NCBI GenBank assembly: GCA_041908585.1
Contig: JAYRFB010000199.1
Location: 88-64,087 of the forward strand
Source of the DNA: Candidatus Krumholzibacteriia bacterium
Lineage (GTDB): Bacteria; Krumholzibacteriota; Krumholzibacteriia; LZORAL124-64-63
Direction: 5' to 3'
DNA: 64,000 nucleotides
Part shown: piece by piece, positions 1 through 13,896 of the stretch
Layout of the letters: each line of letters opens with the position of its first letter
How positions within the stretch are numbered: the first letter of the stretch is position 1
Program-made: the position numbers and the translations under genes
The notes under the pieces: model-generated
Database searches by the model: none
What the model was told of the DNA's origin: nothing
What the model saw: only the letters and a program-made list of their open reading frames with translations

Positions 1-246
1 CTGGGCGTGGCGTCGGGGCTCAACGCCACCATGCGGACCCTGGGCATGATGACCAGCATGATGGTGATCACGCTGGTCTTCGCCTTCCTGATGGACGGCC
101 AGGGCGTGACGGCCGAGACCGAGCCGCAGTTCCTGGCCAGCATGCGGCTGGCGTTGCTGGTGTTCTGCGCGTTCTGCGTCGTCGGCATCGGCTGCTCGGT
201 CGGCAGGGTCGGGCGGGGTGGACGCACAGGGCCTGCCACCGGGTAG
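1..246 (+). CDS. C-terminal end of a membrane transporter, probably MFS (5' end lies outside the window)
   Basis: The frame is open from base 1 (LGVASGLNATMRTLGMMTSMMVITLVFAF...LALLVFCAFCVVGIG). It shows two hydrophobic helices and ends at TAG 244-246. Confidence 0.5.
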   Translation: MGVASGLNATMRTLGMMTSMMVITLVFAFLMDGQGVTAETEPQFLASMRLALLVFCAFCVVGIGCSVGRVGRGGRTGPATG

Positions 247-343
247 CCCGGGCATTGCAGCCGCCGCCGAAGTGCACGGCGGCGCCCGCCGAATCCGGGG
301 GCGCCGCCTTCTGTCCGCGAACGTCGGGGTGCCGGCCGGCCGG

Positions 344-1549
344 CTACTCCGTGATCGTCAGCATGTACGTCTGGTTGACCACCTGTGCCTCGGGCTCGCA
401 CTGGTCGTACACCGTCACGCGCACCTCCCAGGTGCCGATCGCCTGCGCGGTCGGCGTGCCGGCGAGCGTGCCGCTGCCCAGGGTCTCCAGGCCGGGAATG
501 GCCACCGTCGGGATGGCCCACCGCGTGACCTGGCCCTGGCCGCCGCTGGTGGTCGGCGTGAAGGAGTAGGCCTGCCCGAAGCGGCCTGCCGGCGGCGCGC
601 CGCTCGTGATGACCAGTTGCGGGCAGCTGCCGAAGTCCTGGCGGGTGACCGTGTCGTAGCAGTCGCCGCCGCAGTACGGGGGTTCATGGCTGCGCCACGT
701 CGAGCGCTTGATGGCCGTGTTCGGGCCGGTCATCGTCAGCGTGCCGCGCTCGAAGTAGAGCTCGCCGTCGTACTCGAAGCGGAACATGTCGCCGCAGATC
801 ACGCCCACGTACGTGGCGCCGCCGTCGTCGGTGTAGCTCGCGTCGGTGCCGTCCTGCGTGACGACCAGCGTGATGTCGCCGCCCTCTCCCTCGCCGCAGT
901 TGTTGACGCACTCCCAGGTGCCGTTCCAGGTACCGGAGAAGTTCGCCGGCGCGTCGCAACGTCCCTCGGCGATGTCCATCGCCACGGCGTCGACGCTGAG
1001 GGTGGCGTCGATGTTCGCGGTCACCGTCAGGCAGATCGTGATCATGCCCAGGTTGATGATGTCCACGGTCGCCTCGTCGGCGGCCACCGTGGCGGGCTCG
1101 ACGACCAGCGCGGTGCCGTGGCTGACCGTGAATGGTCCGTAGGCGATGCCGGACTCGCAGACGGTCTCCGGGTTGCTGCCGACGCGGATCGTGGCGGTGG
1201 CGCCGATGTCATCGGCCTTGCCGAACAGGCGCGCCGCCTTGCGCGCGATCAGCTTCCACAGCGGGATGCCGTCGATGGTCACGTGATCCAGCGTGCCGGC
1301 CACGTCGATCACCGCCGACTCGACCCTGGGGATGTCCGGCGGCAGCTGCAGCGAGAGGTTGATGGTGGTCGGCTGGTTGGCGACCAGCGGCACGTCGACC
1401 ACCGCATTCTCGAGCGGGGCCACCAGGCGGTACGGATCGTTGGCCGAGGGGCCGGCGGGATCGTCGTCCGAGCAGCCGGGCAGGATGGCGAGCAGGAGCA
1501 GGGTGCAAAGCACGGTGCAGCGGAAGGACGGTTGGAAGGGACTCCGCAT
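344..1549 (-). CDS. Lipoprotein with a C-terminal Ig-like (He_PIG-type) domain; function unknown
   Basis: The N-terminus is MRSPFQ...LLLLAILPGCSDDD, a signal peptide with a lipobox. GAGGAGG lies 5 nt upstream of the ATG. The C-terminal motif GSGTLAGTPTAQAIGTWEVRVTVYD is typical of putative Ig domains. Confidence 0.7.
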   Translation of the reverse strand: MRSPFQPSFRCTVLCTLLLLAILPGCSDDDPAGPSANDPYRLVAPLENAVVDVPLVANQPTTINLSLQLPPDIPRVESAVIDVAGTLDHVTIDGIPLWKLIARKAARLFGKADDIGATATIRVGSNPETVCESGIAYGPFTVSHGTALVVEPATVAADEATVDIINLGMITICLTVTANIDATLSVDAVAMDIAEGRCDAPANFSGTWNGTWECVNNCGEGEGGDITLVVTQDGTDASYTDDGGATYVGVICGDMFRFEYDGELYFERGTLTMTGPNTAIKRSTWRSHEPPYCGGDCYDTVTRQDFGSCPQLVITSGAPPAGRFGQAYSFTPTTSGGQGQVTRWAIPTVAIPGLETLGSGTLAGTPTAQAIGTWEVRVTVYDQCEPEAQVVNQTYMLTITE

Positions 1550-1889
1550 CGCGGACCTCCTCGGGATGGGACGTAAACCGGTCCGTATCGCAAGACGGGG
1601 TTGGGCGAGCGAAAGCGGAGTATACTGGAGGGGTTGGAACTCCTACTATAAAGTGTGCTTTAGCTTGGGCTCCCTGAGCCACTTGCATGTCGAATAGTAA
1701 AATAATAGCGTATCAGAGCAAGAATAGCCGTCCACAGCCCTCCCAATCCGACGCTATTTCGTCCGTGTTCCGCCGCAAGGCGGGTGTTATCGTTCCGCCC
1801 GTGCCATGGCGGCCCCCGCGGCGGGGGGCCGGCCGACCCGCCCTGTGGTCGGCACGCGGACCGCCGCGCACACAGAAGGAGCCCCTTCG

Positions 1890-6527
<4,638 letters not shown>

Positions 6528-6553
6528 CCGCCGCAAGGGTGATATCGCGGACC

Positions 6554-6582
6554 GGGGCGCCGTCGGTGACGGCGCCCCTTTT
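6554..6582 (+). terminator. Rho-independent terminator after por
   Basis: GGGGCGCCGTC-ggt-GACGGCGCCCC forms an 11-bp perfect stem and is followed by TTTT. Confidence 0.6.
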
Positions 6583-6614
6583 CCATCGCGGCCGGCCAGG
6601 CCCCGATGCGGAGC

Positions 6615-6964
6615 CTACATCCAGCCGCGCCCGTGGGCGAACCGCACGCCGATCCAGACGAAGGCCGCCACCGGGACCAGCCCAGCGCGTATCGCCGCCA
6701 GTGGGCCAGGGTGGCCGGGTGCCCCTCGGAGGTCTGGCCGCCGAGCCGCGTGATGTCGACGAAGCGCACCACCAGCAGCAGCGCGACCAGGACGGCGTAC
6801 AGCCCGTCCAGGGCCGACGGCGGCTCGTGCCTTGCCGCGTAGATGGCGCAGACGAACAGGAGCACGTTGCCGACGGCCATCCAGTAGACGCGCGCGAGCG
6901 CGGCCAGGCAGCCGGTCTTCTGCTGGGGTTCGGACGTGGCATGCTGACGCGGGTTGCCGGACAT
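6615..6964 (-). pseudogene. Small multi-pass membrane protein whose reading frame switches near 6690-6700 (apparent 1-nt indel)
   Basis: GGAGG lies 7 nt upstream of ATG 6964. The protein starts MSGNPRQ...CLAALARVYWMAVGNVLLFVCAIY...LYAVLVALLLVVRF. The hydrophobic, high-GC3 continuation (GLVPVAAFVWIGVRFAHGRGWM*) is in another frame and ends at 6615. Confidence 0.35.
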
Positions 6965-7239
6965 GGCGACCTCCAGGAGCCCGTGCATGACGGGGCAGGC
7001 ACGCGACGATGCGTCGACCTCGACGCCCGTGGCGTGTCCTGGATGGCGGCCCGACCACCCGATCCGGTCCTGCGTCGGCCCCGGGATGGAGCCGCGCACC
7101 CTTGGCGCGGCGCCAGGCGGCGCCGCGGTCGTGCGGTCCCGGCAACGTACGTTCAATCGGCGCGGATGTCAGGTGGAAACTGCGCGCGGGCCGCGCATGG
7201 CCCGGGTTTGCCGCCCGGCGCGATTGCCGCCCGGCACGG

Positions 7240-10200
7240 TCACCGCCCGGCGCCGTCCCCATCCAGCGCCGCGCGCAGCGCGCGGGCCACGTCGTCGCCG
7301 GCGAACGGCTTGGGCAGCTTGGCGGCGAACCCGTAGCGGCGGTGGTCGGCCATCACCGGGTCGTGCGAGTACCCGCTGGTGACGATCGCGCACGCGCCCG
7401 GATCCAGCTCCCGCAGGCGCGCCATGGCCTCGCGTCCGCCCATGCCGCCGGGCACGGTCAGGTCCATGATCGCGGCCCGGAACGGCCGGTCGCCGCCGGC
7501 GGCCTCGGCCCAGGCGCGCAGCGCGGCCTCGCCGTCCGCGACGGCGGTGACCGCGTGGCCCTGGCGCGTGAGCAGCCGCACGAGCAGGTCGCGGATGGGC
7601 TCGTCGTCGTCCATCACCAGCAGCCGGAGTCCACCGTCTGCCGTCCGCGTGGCGTCCTCCCGCCGGGAGCGCGGCTGTTCGCGGCTGGCCGGCAGCAGCA
7701 ACGTGAACTCGCTGCCGCGACCGGGCTCCGAGGTGACGCGCAACGTGCCGCCGTGCCGCGCGACGACCGAGTGGGAGATCGCCAGGCCCAGCCCTGAACC
7801 CTCCTTCTTGGTCGTGAAGTACGGCTCGAAGATGCGATCCAGGTCCGCGGGGGGAATGCCGCAGCCCTCGTCCCGTACGCTGATCTCGACCTGGCGACCG
7901 GCGTCCGCGCGGCCGTCGGTCAGCGCGGCATTGCGCGCCGCGACCCGGACGTGCCCACCGTCGGGCATGGCCTGCCGCGCGTTGATGAGCAGGTTGCTGA
8001 TCACCTGCTCGACCTGGCCGGCGTCGACCTCGGCGAACCACAGGTCGTCGGCCAGCTCCAGCGAAGGGATGACGTTGGTGCCCGCCGTCGCCAGTTCCGC
8101 AGCCTCGCGCACCAGGTCGCGCAGGTCGACCAGGCGCTTCTGCGGCGCGCCGCCGCGCGCGAACGTGAGCAGCTGGGCCGTCAGGCGCCGGGCGCGCCCG
8201 GACGCGGCGACGATCTGCTCCAGCGGCAGCCGTTGCCGCTCGGTGCAGTCCAGGCCCAGCAGCGAGGCATTGCCCAGGATCACCGTCAGCAGGTTGTTGA
8301 AGTCGTGCGCGATCCCGCCGGCAAGCACGCCGAGCGACTCGAGCTTCTGCGTGCGCACGGCAGCCTGCTCCGCGCGCCGGCGCTCCGTCGTGTCGCGGAA
8401 GGCGACGACAAGGCCGTCGGCCCGGCCACCGGCGGCGAGCGGGGCCGCCGCGCACTCCAGGATTGCCTGGCCGTGCTCGCCGCCCCGCAGCAGGTACTCG
8501 AAGTGGGCCCGCGCCGTGCCGACGCCCGGCGGCGCGGCGGCGTCGAGCGCGCGGCGGGCTGCTTCGCCGAGCCCAGGCAGGCAGGCCTCGAGCGGCAGCC
8601 CGGCCAGTTCCGCGTCACTGCGACCGAGCACGGCGGCGGCAGCAGGGTTCGCCAGCCGGATCGTCGCGTCGCCGTCCAGCGCGACGACGCCGTCGGAGAT
8701 GCTGGCCAGCACCGCCGACAGCCGCTCCGACTCGGCGCGCACGGCAGCCTCGGACAGCGCCAGCTCCCGCGTGCGCTGCGCCACCTCGGCGGCCAGCCGC
8801 CGCGCGTAGCGCCGGCCCTGCGCGAACGAGACGACCAGCCAGACCAGGCCGGCCAGGGCGACGGACGCCACCACCGCGAACCACGGCCGCGCGTGGAGCG
8901 GCGGCACCACGACGATGCGGCCGGTGGAGGCCACCGCGCTCCGGCGGCCGTCGATGTCGACGGCCTGCACATGGAGGCGATAGTGACCCGGACGCAGGTG
9001 CGTGTAGCTGACCGAGCGGGCCGGGTTTTCGGCAGGCGTAGACCAGCCTGCATCGCCGCCCTCGAGGTGCGTGGAGAACCGCAGGCGCGCCTCGTCACGG
9101 TATGCGGGCGCGCAGAACCGCACGACCAGCTCGTGCGCCGAAGGCGGGATCTCGAGTTCCCCCGCGGGGTCGTGCCGCTCGCCGTCCAGCCGGATCTCCT
9201 CCAGCCAGAGCGGTAGCTCCCCCGCGCCGCGCGACTGCAGCCGCTCGTCGAACACCGTCACGCCGCGGTTCGTGCCGATCCACACGCGGCCCTCCGTGTC
9301 GCACAGCAGGGCATCGCGGTTGACCTCGGCGCCGGCCAGCCCGTCGGCCACGCCGTAGCGGCGCAGTTCGCGCCCGTCCCACACCAGCGCGCCGGCGCCG
9401 GTGCCGAACCAGAAGCGGCCCTTGCGGTCGCGCGCGATCGCGTAGACCGGGTCGTCGATCACGGGATCCGGGGCCGCCGTCGATTCCAGCCGGCCGTCGC
9501 GCACGAGGCAGAGACCGCTGGAGGTGCCGACCCAGACGCGGCCGTCATCCGTCTCGATCATCTCGAACGAACTGGCATTCCCGGCCGCCTCGTCGCCCGG
9601 CCAGTGTTCGATCCGGCCCTCCTTCACGCGGAAGACGCCCTCGGTCGTGGTCGCCACCAGCAGCGCGCCGTCGGCGGTCACGAGCAGGCGCCTGATCACG
9701 GGCTGGCGGCCCTGTCCGCGATCGTGGAGGTGGATCCGCTCGAACCGCCTGCCCTCGCGGCGATACAGGCCTTCGGAGGTGCCCGCCCACAGGCGGCCGT
9801 CGCGGTCGTGCACGACGGCGTAGACCGGGCCCTCCAGGCCATCGGCCTCGCCGGCCCAGGTTACCGCGCCGTCGGGATCCAGCCGCGCCAGGCCGCTGCG
9901 GTCCATGGCCGCCCAGAGGACGCCTGCCGGGTGCTCGTGCAGGTCCATCGCCCGGCTCCACTCCTTGCCGGGTCCGGTCAGGGGCAGTGCGGTGGTGTGC
10001 GTGCCCGGGAACGAGAGGCCGCCCTCGTGGCCCAGCACGATCGAGCCGTCGGCGCGCTGGAGGACGGCGCTGACCTCCTCCTTCAGCAGCCCGTCGGCGG
10101 TGCCGTAGCTGCGCAGGTGCCGGCTGGCCAGCTTGCTCGTGCCGCGGTAGTTCGCGATCCAGACGGAGCCTTCGCGATCGACCATGATGTCCGACAGGCC

Positions 10201-11124
10201 CAGCGAGACGAGCCCGCTCCTGTCCGTCAGCTCTTCCAGGCCCAGCAGGGGGTGCAGGTAGAGCAGTCGGCGCACGGGGCCCAGGTTGCGGCCGCCGCGG
10301 GGGTCGCGGGGGCCCTCGACGCCGAATTTCGGCTCGATCACGCGCAGCGAGTCGGCGCCCGCCTGGCGGCGCAACCCTTCCGGCGTCAGCTCGCCGAACC
10401 AGCCGGCACCGGCGATGTGCAGGGTTCCGCTTGTCGGGTGCCTGACCGCGGCGTAGGCGGGTCCCGGCGGCAGCCCCGCGACCGGCGCCGCCACGCCGGC
10501 GTCCGTCCGCCCGGGATCGGGCAGGCGCAGCAGCCCGGAATCCGTGGCGATCAGGAGGTCGCTGCCGTGCCAGGCCAGCGAGTAGACCTGCCCGGCGCCG
10601 GCCGGCAGCGCCACCGGCCACCAGCTGGCACGGGACCAGACGCCGATGCTGCCACCCTGCACCAGCACGGCCAGGGCGATACCTCCGTCGCCATCGCGAC
10701 CGGCGAGCAGCTCGAATGTCTCGTTGCCCGGGCCGACGGCCGACCAGTCCGGCAGCGGGTGCCAGCGCCCGCCTTCCAGGAACGAGACGCGCACCGGCGT
10801 CGACTGCGCCATGGCCCAGACGCGGCCGGCATCGTCCACCGCCACATCCCGCTGCCAGCTGACCGGCAGCCCGTGGTTCGTGTCGTGCAGGAGCCAGCTC
10901 GCGCCGTCGTAGCGCATCATCCCCGCGCGCGTGGAGAACCAGACACGGCCGCTGTCGTCCTGGGCCACGCCCATGACCACGCCGGTCGGCGCGCCATTGG
11001 CCTCGGTGTAGTGCGTGAAGGGCCAGATCGCCGCCCGACCGGCGCCGGCCAATGCGGTGAGGCCGAGCGTGACGAGCACGGCGGCCAGGGCTGCACGGCG
11101 GGGTGGGGCGATGACGGGAGGCAT
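7240..11124 (-). CDS. Hybrid sensor histidine kinase with a periplasmic two-component-regulator beta-propeller / Y_Y_Y domain, plus PAS, HisKA, HATPase and receiver domains
   Basis: Start chosen at MPPVIAPPRRAALAAVLVTLGL (signal/TM). Propeller repeats are present (GLxxxxVxAxxxDxxGxxW). A second TM is PWFAVVASVALAGLVWLVV. The H-box is GGIAHDFNNLL, the G-boxes are DEGCGIP...GSGLGLA, and the receiver motif is LLVMDDDEPIRDLL...DLTVPGGMGG. Confidence 0.85.
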   Translation of the reverse strand: MPPVIAPPRRAALAAVLVTLGLTALAGAGRAAIWPFTHYTEANGAPTGVVMGVAQDDSGRVWFSTRAGMMRYDGASWLLHDTNHGLPVSWQRDVAVDDAGRVWAMAQSTPVRVSFLEGGRWHPLPDWSAVGPGNETFELLAGRDGDGGIALAVLVQGGSIGVWSRASWWPVALPAGAGQVYSLAWHGSDLLIATDSGLLRLPDPGRTDAGVAAPVAGLPPGPAYAAVRHPTSGTLHIAGAGWFGELTPEGLRRQAGADSLRVIEPKFGVEGPRDPRGGRNLGPVRRLLYLHPLLGLEELTDRSGLVSLGLSDIMVDREGSVWIANYRGTSKLASRHLRSYGTADGLLKEEVSAVLQRADGSIVLGHEGGLSFPGTHTTALPLTGPGKEWSRAMDLHEHPAGVLWAAMDRSGLARLDPDGAVTWAGEADGLEGPVYAVVHDRDGRLWAGTSEGLYRREGRRFERIHLHDRGQGRQPVIRRLLVTADGALLVATTTEGVFRVKEGRIEHWPGDEAAGNASSFEMIETDDGRVWVGTSSGLCLVRDGRLESTAAPDPVIDDPVYAIARDRKGRFWFGTGAGALVWDGRELRRYGVADGLAGAEVNRDALLCDTEGRVWIGTNRGVTVFDERLQSRGAGELPLWLEEIRLDGERHDPAGELEIPPSAHELVVRFCAPAYRDEARLRFSTHLEGGDAGWSTPAENPARSVSYTHLRPGHYRLHVQAVDIDGRRSAVASTGRIVVVPPLHARPWFAVVASVALAGLVWLVVSFAQGRRYARRLAAEVAQRTRELALSEAAVRAESERLSAVLASISDGVVALDGDATIRLANPAAAAVLGRSDAELAGLPLEACLPGLGEAARRALDAAAPPGVGTARAHFEYLLRGGEHGQAILECAAAPLAAGGRADGLVVAFRDTTERRRAEQAAVRTQKLESLGVLAGGIAHDFNNLLTVILGNASLLGLDCTERQRLPLEQIVAASGRARRLTAQLLTFARGGAPQKRLVDLRDLVREAAELATAGTNVIPSLELADDLWFAEVDAGQVEQVISNLLINARQAMPDGGHVRVAARNAALTDGRADAGRQVEISVRDEGCGIPPADLDRIFEPYFTTKKEGSGLGLAISHSVVARHGGTLRVTSEPGRGSEFTLLLPASREQPRSRREDATRTADGGLRLLVMDDDEPIRDLLVRLLTRQGHAVTAVADGEAALRAWAEAAGGDRPFRAAIMDLTVPGGMGGREAMARLRELDPGACAIVTSGYSHDPVMADHRRYGFAAKLPKPFAGDDVARALRAALDGDGAGR

Positions 11125-11258
11125 CGTGGCTGCGCGGGGTGGGGGTGTTTGTCCTGTTCCCGCGACGTTGGCGCGGTTGAAAGTTGCCGACCAGGATACC
11201 ACATCCAGGCTTGCCTGCCCATGGCCATCGCGCCGGCGCGACTCCCAGCCACGAACAA

Positions 11259-11282
11259 GGGCCGCCCCCCGGGGGGCGGCCC
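11259..11282 (-). terminator. Perfect 24-nt GC palindrome downstream of the 11310 stop; possible terminator
   Basis: GGGCCGCCCCCC/GGGGGGCGGCCC. On the minus strand it is followed by cTTGTTCGT. Confidence 0.4.
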
Positions 11283-11309
11283 TCCTGGCTGCCGTTTGGC
11301 TGCGGGGAA

Positions 11310-12011
11310 CTAGCGGAACAGCCCCTTGACCGCGCCCCACGACGAGGTCTCCTCGGAGACCGTGCAGTTGATGTGCATCGTCATGGTCATGACGTTGCCC
11401 CAGGTCCCGAACTGCGCCGAGGCCGAGGCCGGGCCGCAGCTGCCGTCCAGGAACGCGGGATAGGTGGCCGGGATGCTCGCGAACGGCGTCTCACCGACAC
11501 CGCTGCCGTTGGCGATGGCGAAGGTCAGCAGGCACCCGTTGGTGAACTCGCCCGAGGTGTTGCCGTTGACCACCGAGGCGACCGGCGTGCTGACGCCGCT
11601 GATCATCAGGTGCTGCACCGTCGAGATCAGCGTGGTCGTGCCCAGCGTGGCGGTGCCGTCACCCCACGGCCAGCCGCCGGCGAAGAAGGTCAGCGTGCCG
11701 CCGTTGAACGTGGAGGTGTAGACCACGGTGCCGTTGCCGCCGACGCGGTTGTCGACGACGCTGAACGCGCTGTTCTCGGTGGCGCAGCTCAGCTCCCACT
11801 GCGTTCCCAGCGCGGAGCCGTCCCAGGACTGGGCGTGCAGGACGTGGGGCAGGCCGCTGTTGACGCCGGAGCGCCAGGTCGAGGCGCGGCCGGTCAGGAG
11901 CTGGCCGCCCAGGTCGGTGGATGTGTAGGTGCCGGTGATGGGGTCCGCCTGCGCCGTGAGGGGCAGCAGGGCGAGCGAGGCCACGGTGGCGATCGTCAGC
12001 AACTTCTTCAT
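11310..12011 (-). CDS. Secreted protein of unknown function (233 aa)
   Basis: GGAGG RBS precedes ATG 12011. The signal peptide is MKKLLTIATVASLALLPLTAQA. GC3 is strong and the protein ends ...TVSEETSSWGAVKGLFR. Confidence 0.7.
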   Translation of the reverse strand: MKKLLTIATVASLALLPLTAQADPITGTYTSTDLGGQLLTGRASTWRSGVNSGLPHVLHAQSWDGSALGTQWELSCATENSAFSVVDNRVGGNGTVVYTSTFNGGTLTFFAGGWPWGDGTATLGTTTLISTVQHLMISGVSTPVASVVNGNTSGEFTNGCLLTFAIANGSGVGETPFASIPATYPAFLDGSCGPASASAQFGTWGNVMTMTMHINCTVSEETSSWGAVKGLFR

Positions 12012-12465
12012 GGGTCGTAAACCTCCGCGGATCAGGCCGGCGCCGTTGCGGTCGCCGTTCCGGGCGAACGGAGAAAGGCGGTGGCAGGACCACGCACGAT
12101 TGCCCGCCAACGTCCCCGGCCTTCTCGGGCAGTGGGGCGATGCTTGCTCAGATTCGACGCCTGGAGCGATTTGGCCATCCCCCGACGCCAAACATGACAA
12201 TGATACTCTTGTTCAATGTGCGCCGCCACGGGGGCCGATTTCCGGCCCGGCCCTCCCGCGGTTGCCGCAGCGGCTCCCGACGGCTACCTTATGGCCCGGG
12301 GTTTGCTCTGCCCGCGAGGCGAGGGCCTGACCCCGACGACGCGGCCCCCACGCCGGGGCGCCGCCCAGACGAACCGCGATGTCCAGTCTGCTTCTCGGCT
12401 TAGGCCCTCCTGAGCTCCCTCCGAGACAAGGCTGCTTGGCTCCCGGATCCAAGAGACAGGAACCT

Positions 12466-13719
12466 ATGATACCGATAGAAACCGTCAAATCGAAGACCTT
12501 CGCCGAGCTGGGCCTCAGCGAACCCGTCCTGCGCGCCCTCGACGACTGCGGCTACGTCGAACCGACCCCGATCCAGCTGGCTGCCATCCCTCTCGTGAGC
12601 GCGAAGCGCGACGTGCTGGCGACCGCGCAGACGGGCACGGGCAAGACCGCGGCGTTCATGCTGCCGGTGATCGACGACATCGCCACGCGGCCGAAATTTC
12701 CCGGCGACACGCCGCTGTGCCTGGTGCTGGCGCCGACGCGCGAGCTGGCGCTGCAGATCGACGAGAACGTCCGCGCCTACGGCAAGTACGTGCGCACGCG
12801 CACCGCGGTGCTGCTGGGCGGCGTCAACAGCGGCCCGCAGATCGACAAGCTCAAGCGCGGCGTCGACGTGGTCATCGCCACGCCCGGCCGGCTGATCGAC
12901 CTCGTGAAGCAGGGCGCGGTATCGCTGGCCGACGTCGAGTTCCTGGTCCTGGACGAGGCCGACCGCATGCTCGACCTCGGCTTCGTGCACGACGTGCGCT
13001 GGATCGCCGAGCGCGTGCCCCGCCCGCGCCAGACCCTGTGCTTCTCGGCCACGGTCTCGCCCGCGGTCAAGAGCCTGGCCTCGACGATGCAGGTCGACGC
13101 GCAGGTGGTCTCGGTGGCGCCGCCGGCGACGGTGGCCGACCACCTCGACCAGCAGGTGATGTTCGTGCAGCGCGCCCACAAGCTGGACCTGCTGATCGAC
13201 CTGCTGAGGGAGAACAAGGACGGCCGCACGCTCGTCTTCACGGCCACGAAGGTGGCGGCGATCACCGTGGCGCGGCAGCTCGAGCTGCGCGGCCTCAAGG
13301 TCGGCGCCATCCATGCCAACAAGACCCAGGGCCAGCGGCAGGCCGCGCTCGAGGCCTTCGTCAAGGGCAAGGTCGAGGTGCTGGTGGCCACCGACATCGT
13401 GGCGCGCGGCATCGACGTCGAGGACATCACGCACGTCATCAACTACGAGCTGCCGGAGACGGCCGAGAACTATGTCCACCGCATCGGCCGCACTGCGCGC
13501 GCCGGTCGCGACGGCATCGCGATCGCGCTCTGCGGCATCGAGGACGTGCCCCAGCTGCGCGGCATCGAACGCCTGCTGAAGGAGGAGCTGCCGGTCCGCA
13601 TGGACCATCGCTGGCACTCCGACGAGGTCATGGCCTGCCTGGCCGCCAGCGAGCGCGCGGCGCGCCAGCGCGCCAAGGCCGGGCGGATGCGCGGGTCGGG
13701 TTCCAAGTGGGCGCGGTGA
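12466..13719 (+). CDS. rhlE: DEAD-box ATP-dependent RNA helicase (RhlE-like)
   Basis: Q-motif region FAELGLSEPVLRAL...PTPIQ; motif I AQTGTGKTAAF; motif II VLDEADRMLD; motif III SAT; motif VI HRIGRTARAG. Confidence 0.9.
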   Translation: MIPIETVKSKTFAELGLSEPVLRALDDCGYVEPTPIQLAAIPLVSAKRDVLATAQTGTGKTAAFMLPVIDDIATRPKFPGDTPLCLVLAPTRELALQIDENVRAYGKYVRTRTAVLLGGVNSGPQIDKLKRGVDVVIATPGRLIDLVKQGAVSLADVEFLVLDEADRMLDLGFVHDVRWIAERVPRPRQTLCFSATVSPAVKSLASTMQVDAQVVSVAPPATVADHLDQQVMFVQRAHKLDLLIDLLRENKDGRTLVFTATKVAAITVARQLELRGLKVGAIHANKTQGQRQAALEAFVKGKVEVLVATDIVARGIDVEDITHVINYELPETAENYVHRIGRTARAGRDGIAIALCGIEDVPQLRGIERLLKEELPVRMDHRWHSDEVMACLAASERAARQRAKAGRMRGSGSKWAR

Positions 13720-13759
13720 GGCGACGGAGCCGGGCCGGCTGACCGGAAGGCAAGAGGAT

Positions 13760-13792
13760 GCGGGCGCCGCGATGGGGCGCCCGCTTTGTCTT
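13760..13792 (+). terminator. Rho-independent terminator after the helicase gene
   Basis: GCGGGCGCC-gcgatgg-GGCGCCCGC forms a 9-bp stem and is followed by TTTGTCTT. Confidence 0.6.
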
Positions 13793-13896
13793 GCCGGCTG
13801 GGCAAGTTGCGCCGGCGCAAGTCCGGGCGACCTTGCCGGAGTGCGCTTATCATCCTTCGCGGGCGAACGCGCCCCGCGTTCCCGGAGGATGAGCCC

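Noticed and set aside
13786-13896. The ORF-track start (13786) for the PD40 protein, and similar long N-terminal extensions of other genes (GGT 18536, sensor kinase 11340, C25 40333, S46 53021, DUF523 61628, ATP-grasp 35422).
   Set aside because: The extensions overlap terminators or neighbouring genes, are Arg/Pro/Gly-rich, and precede internal starts that have an RBS and immediately begin signal peptides or conserved N-termini.
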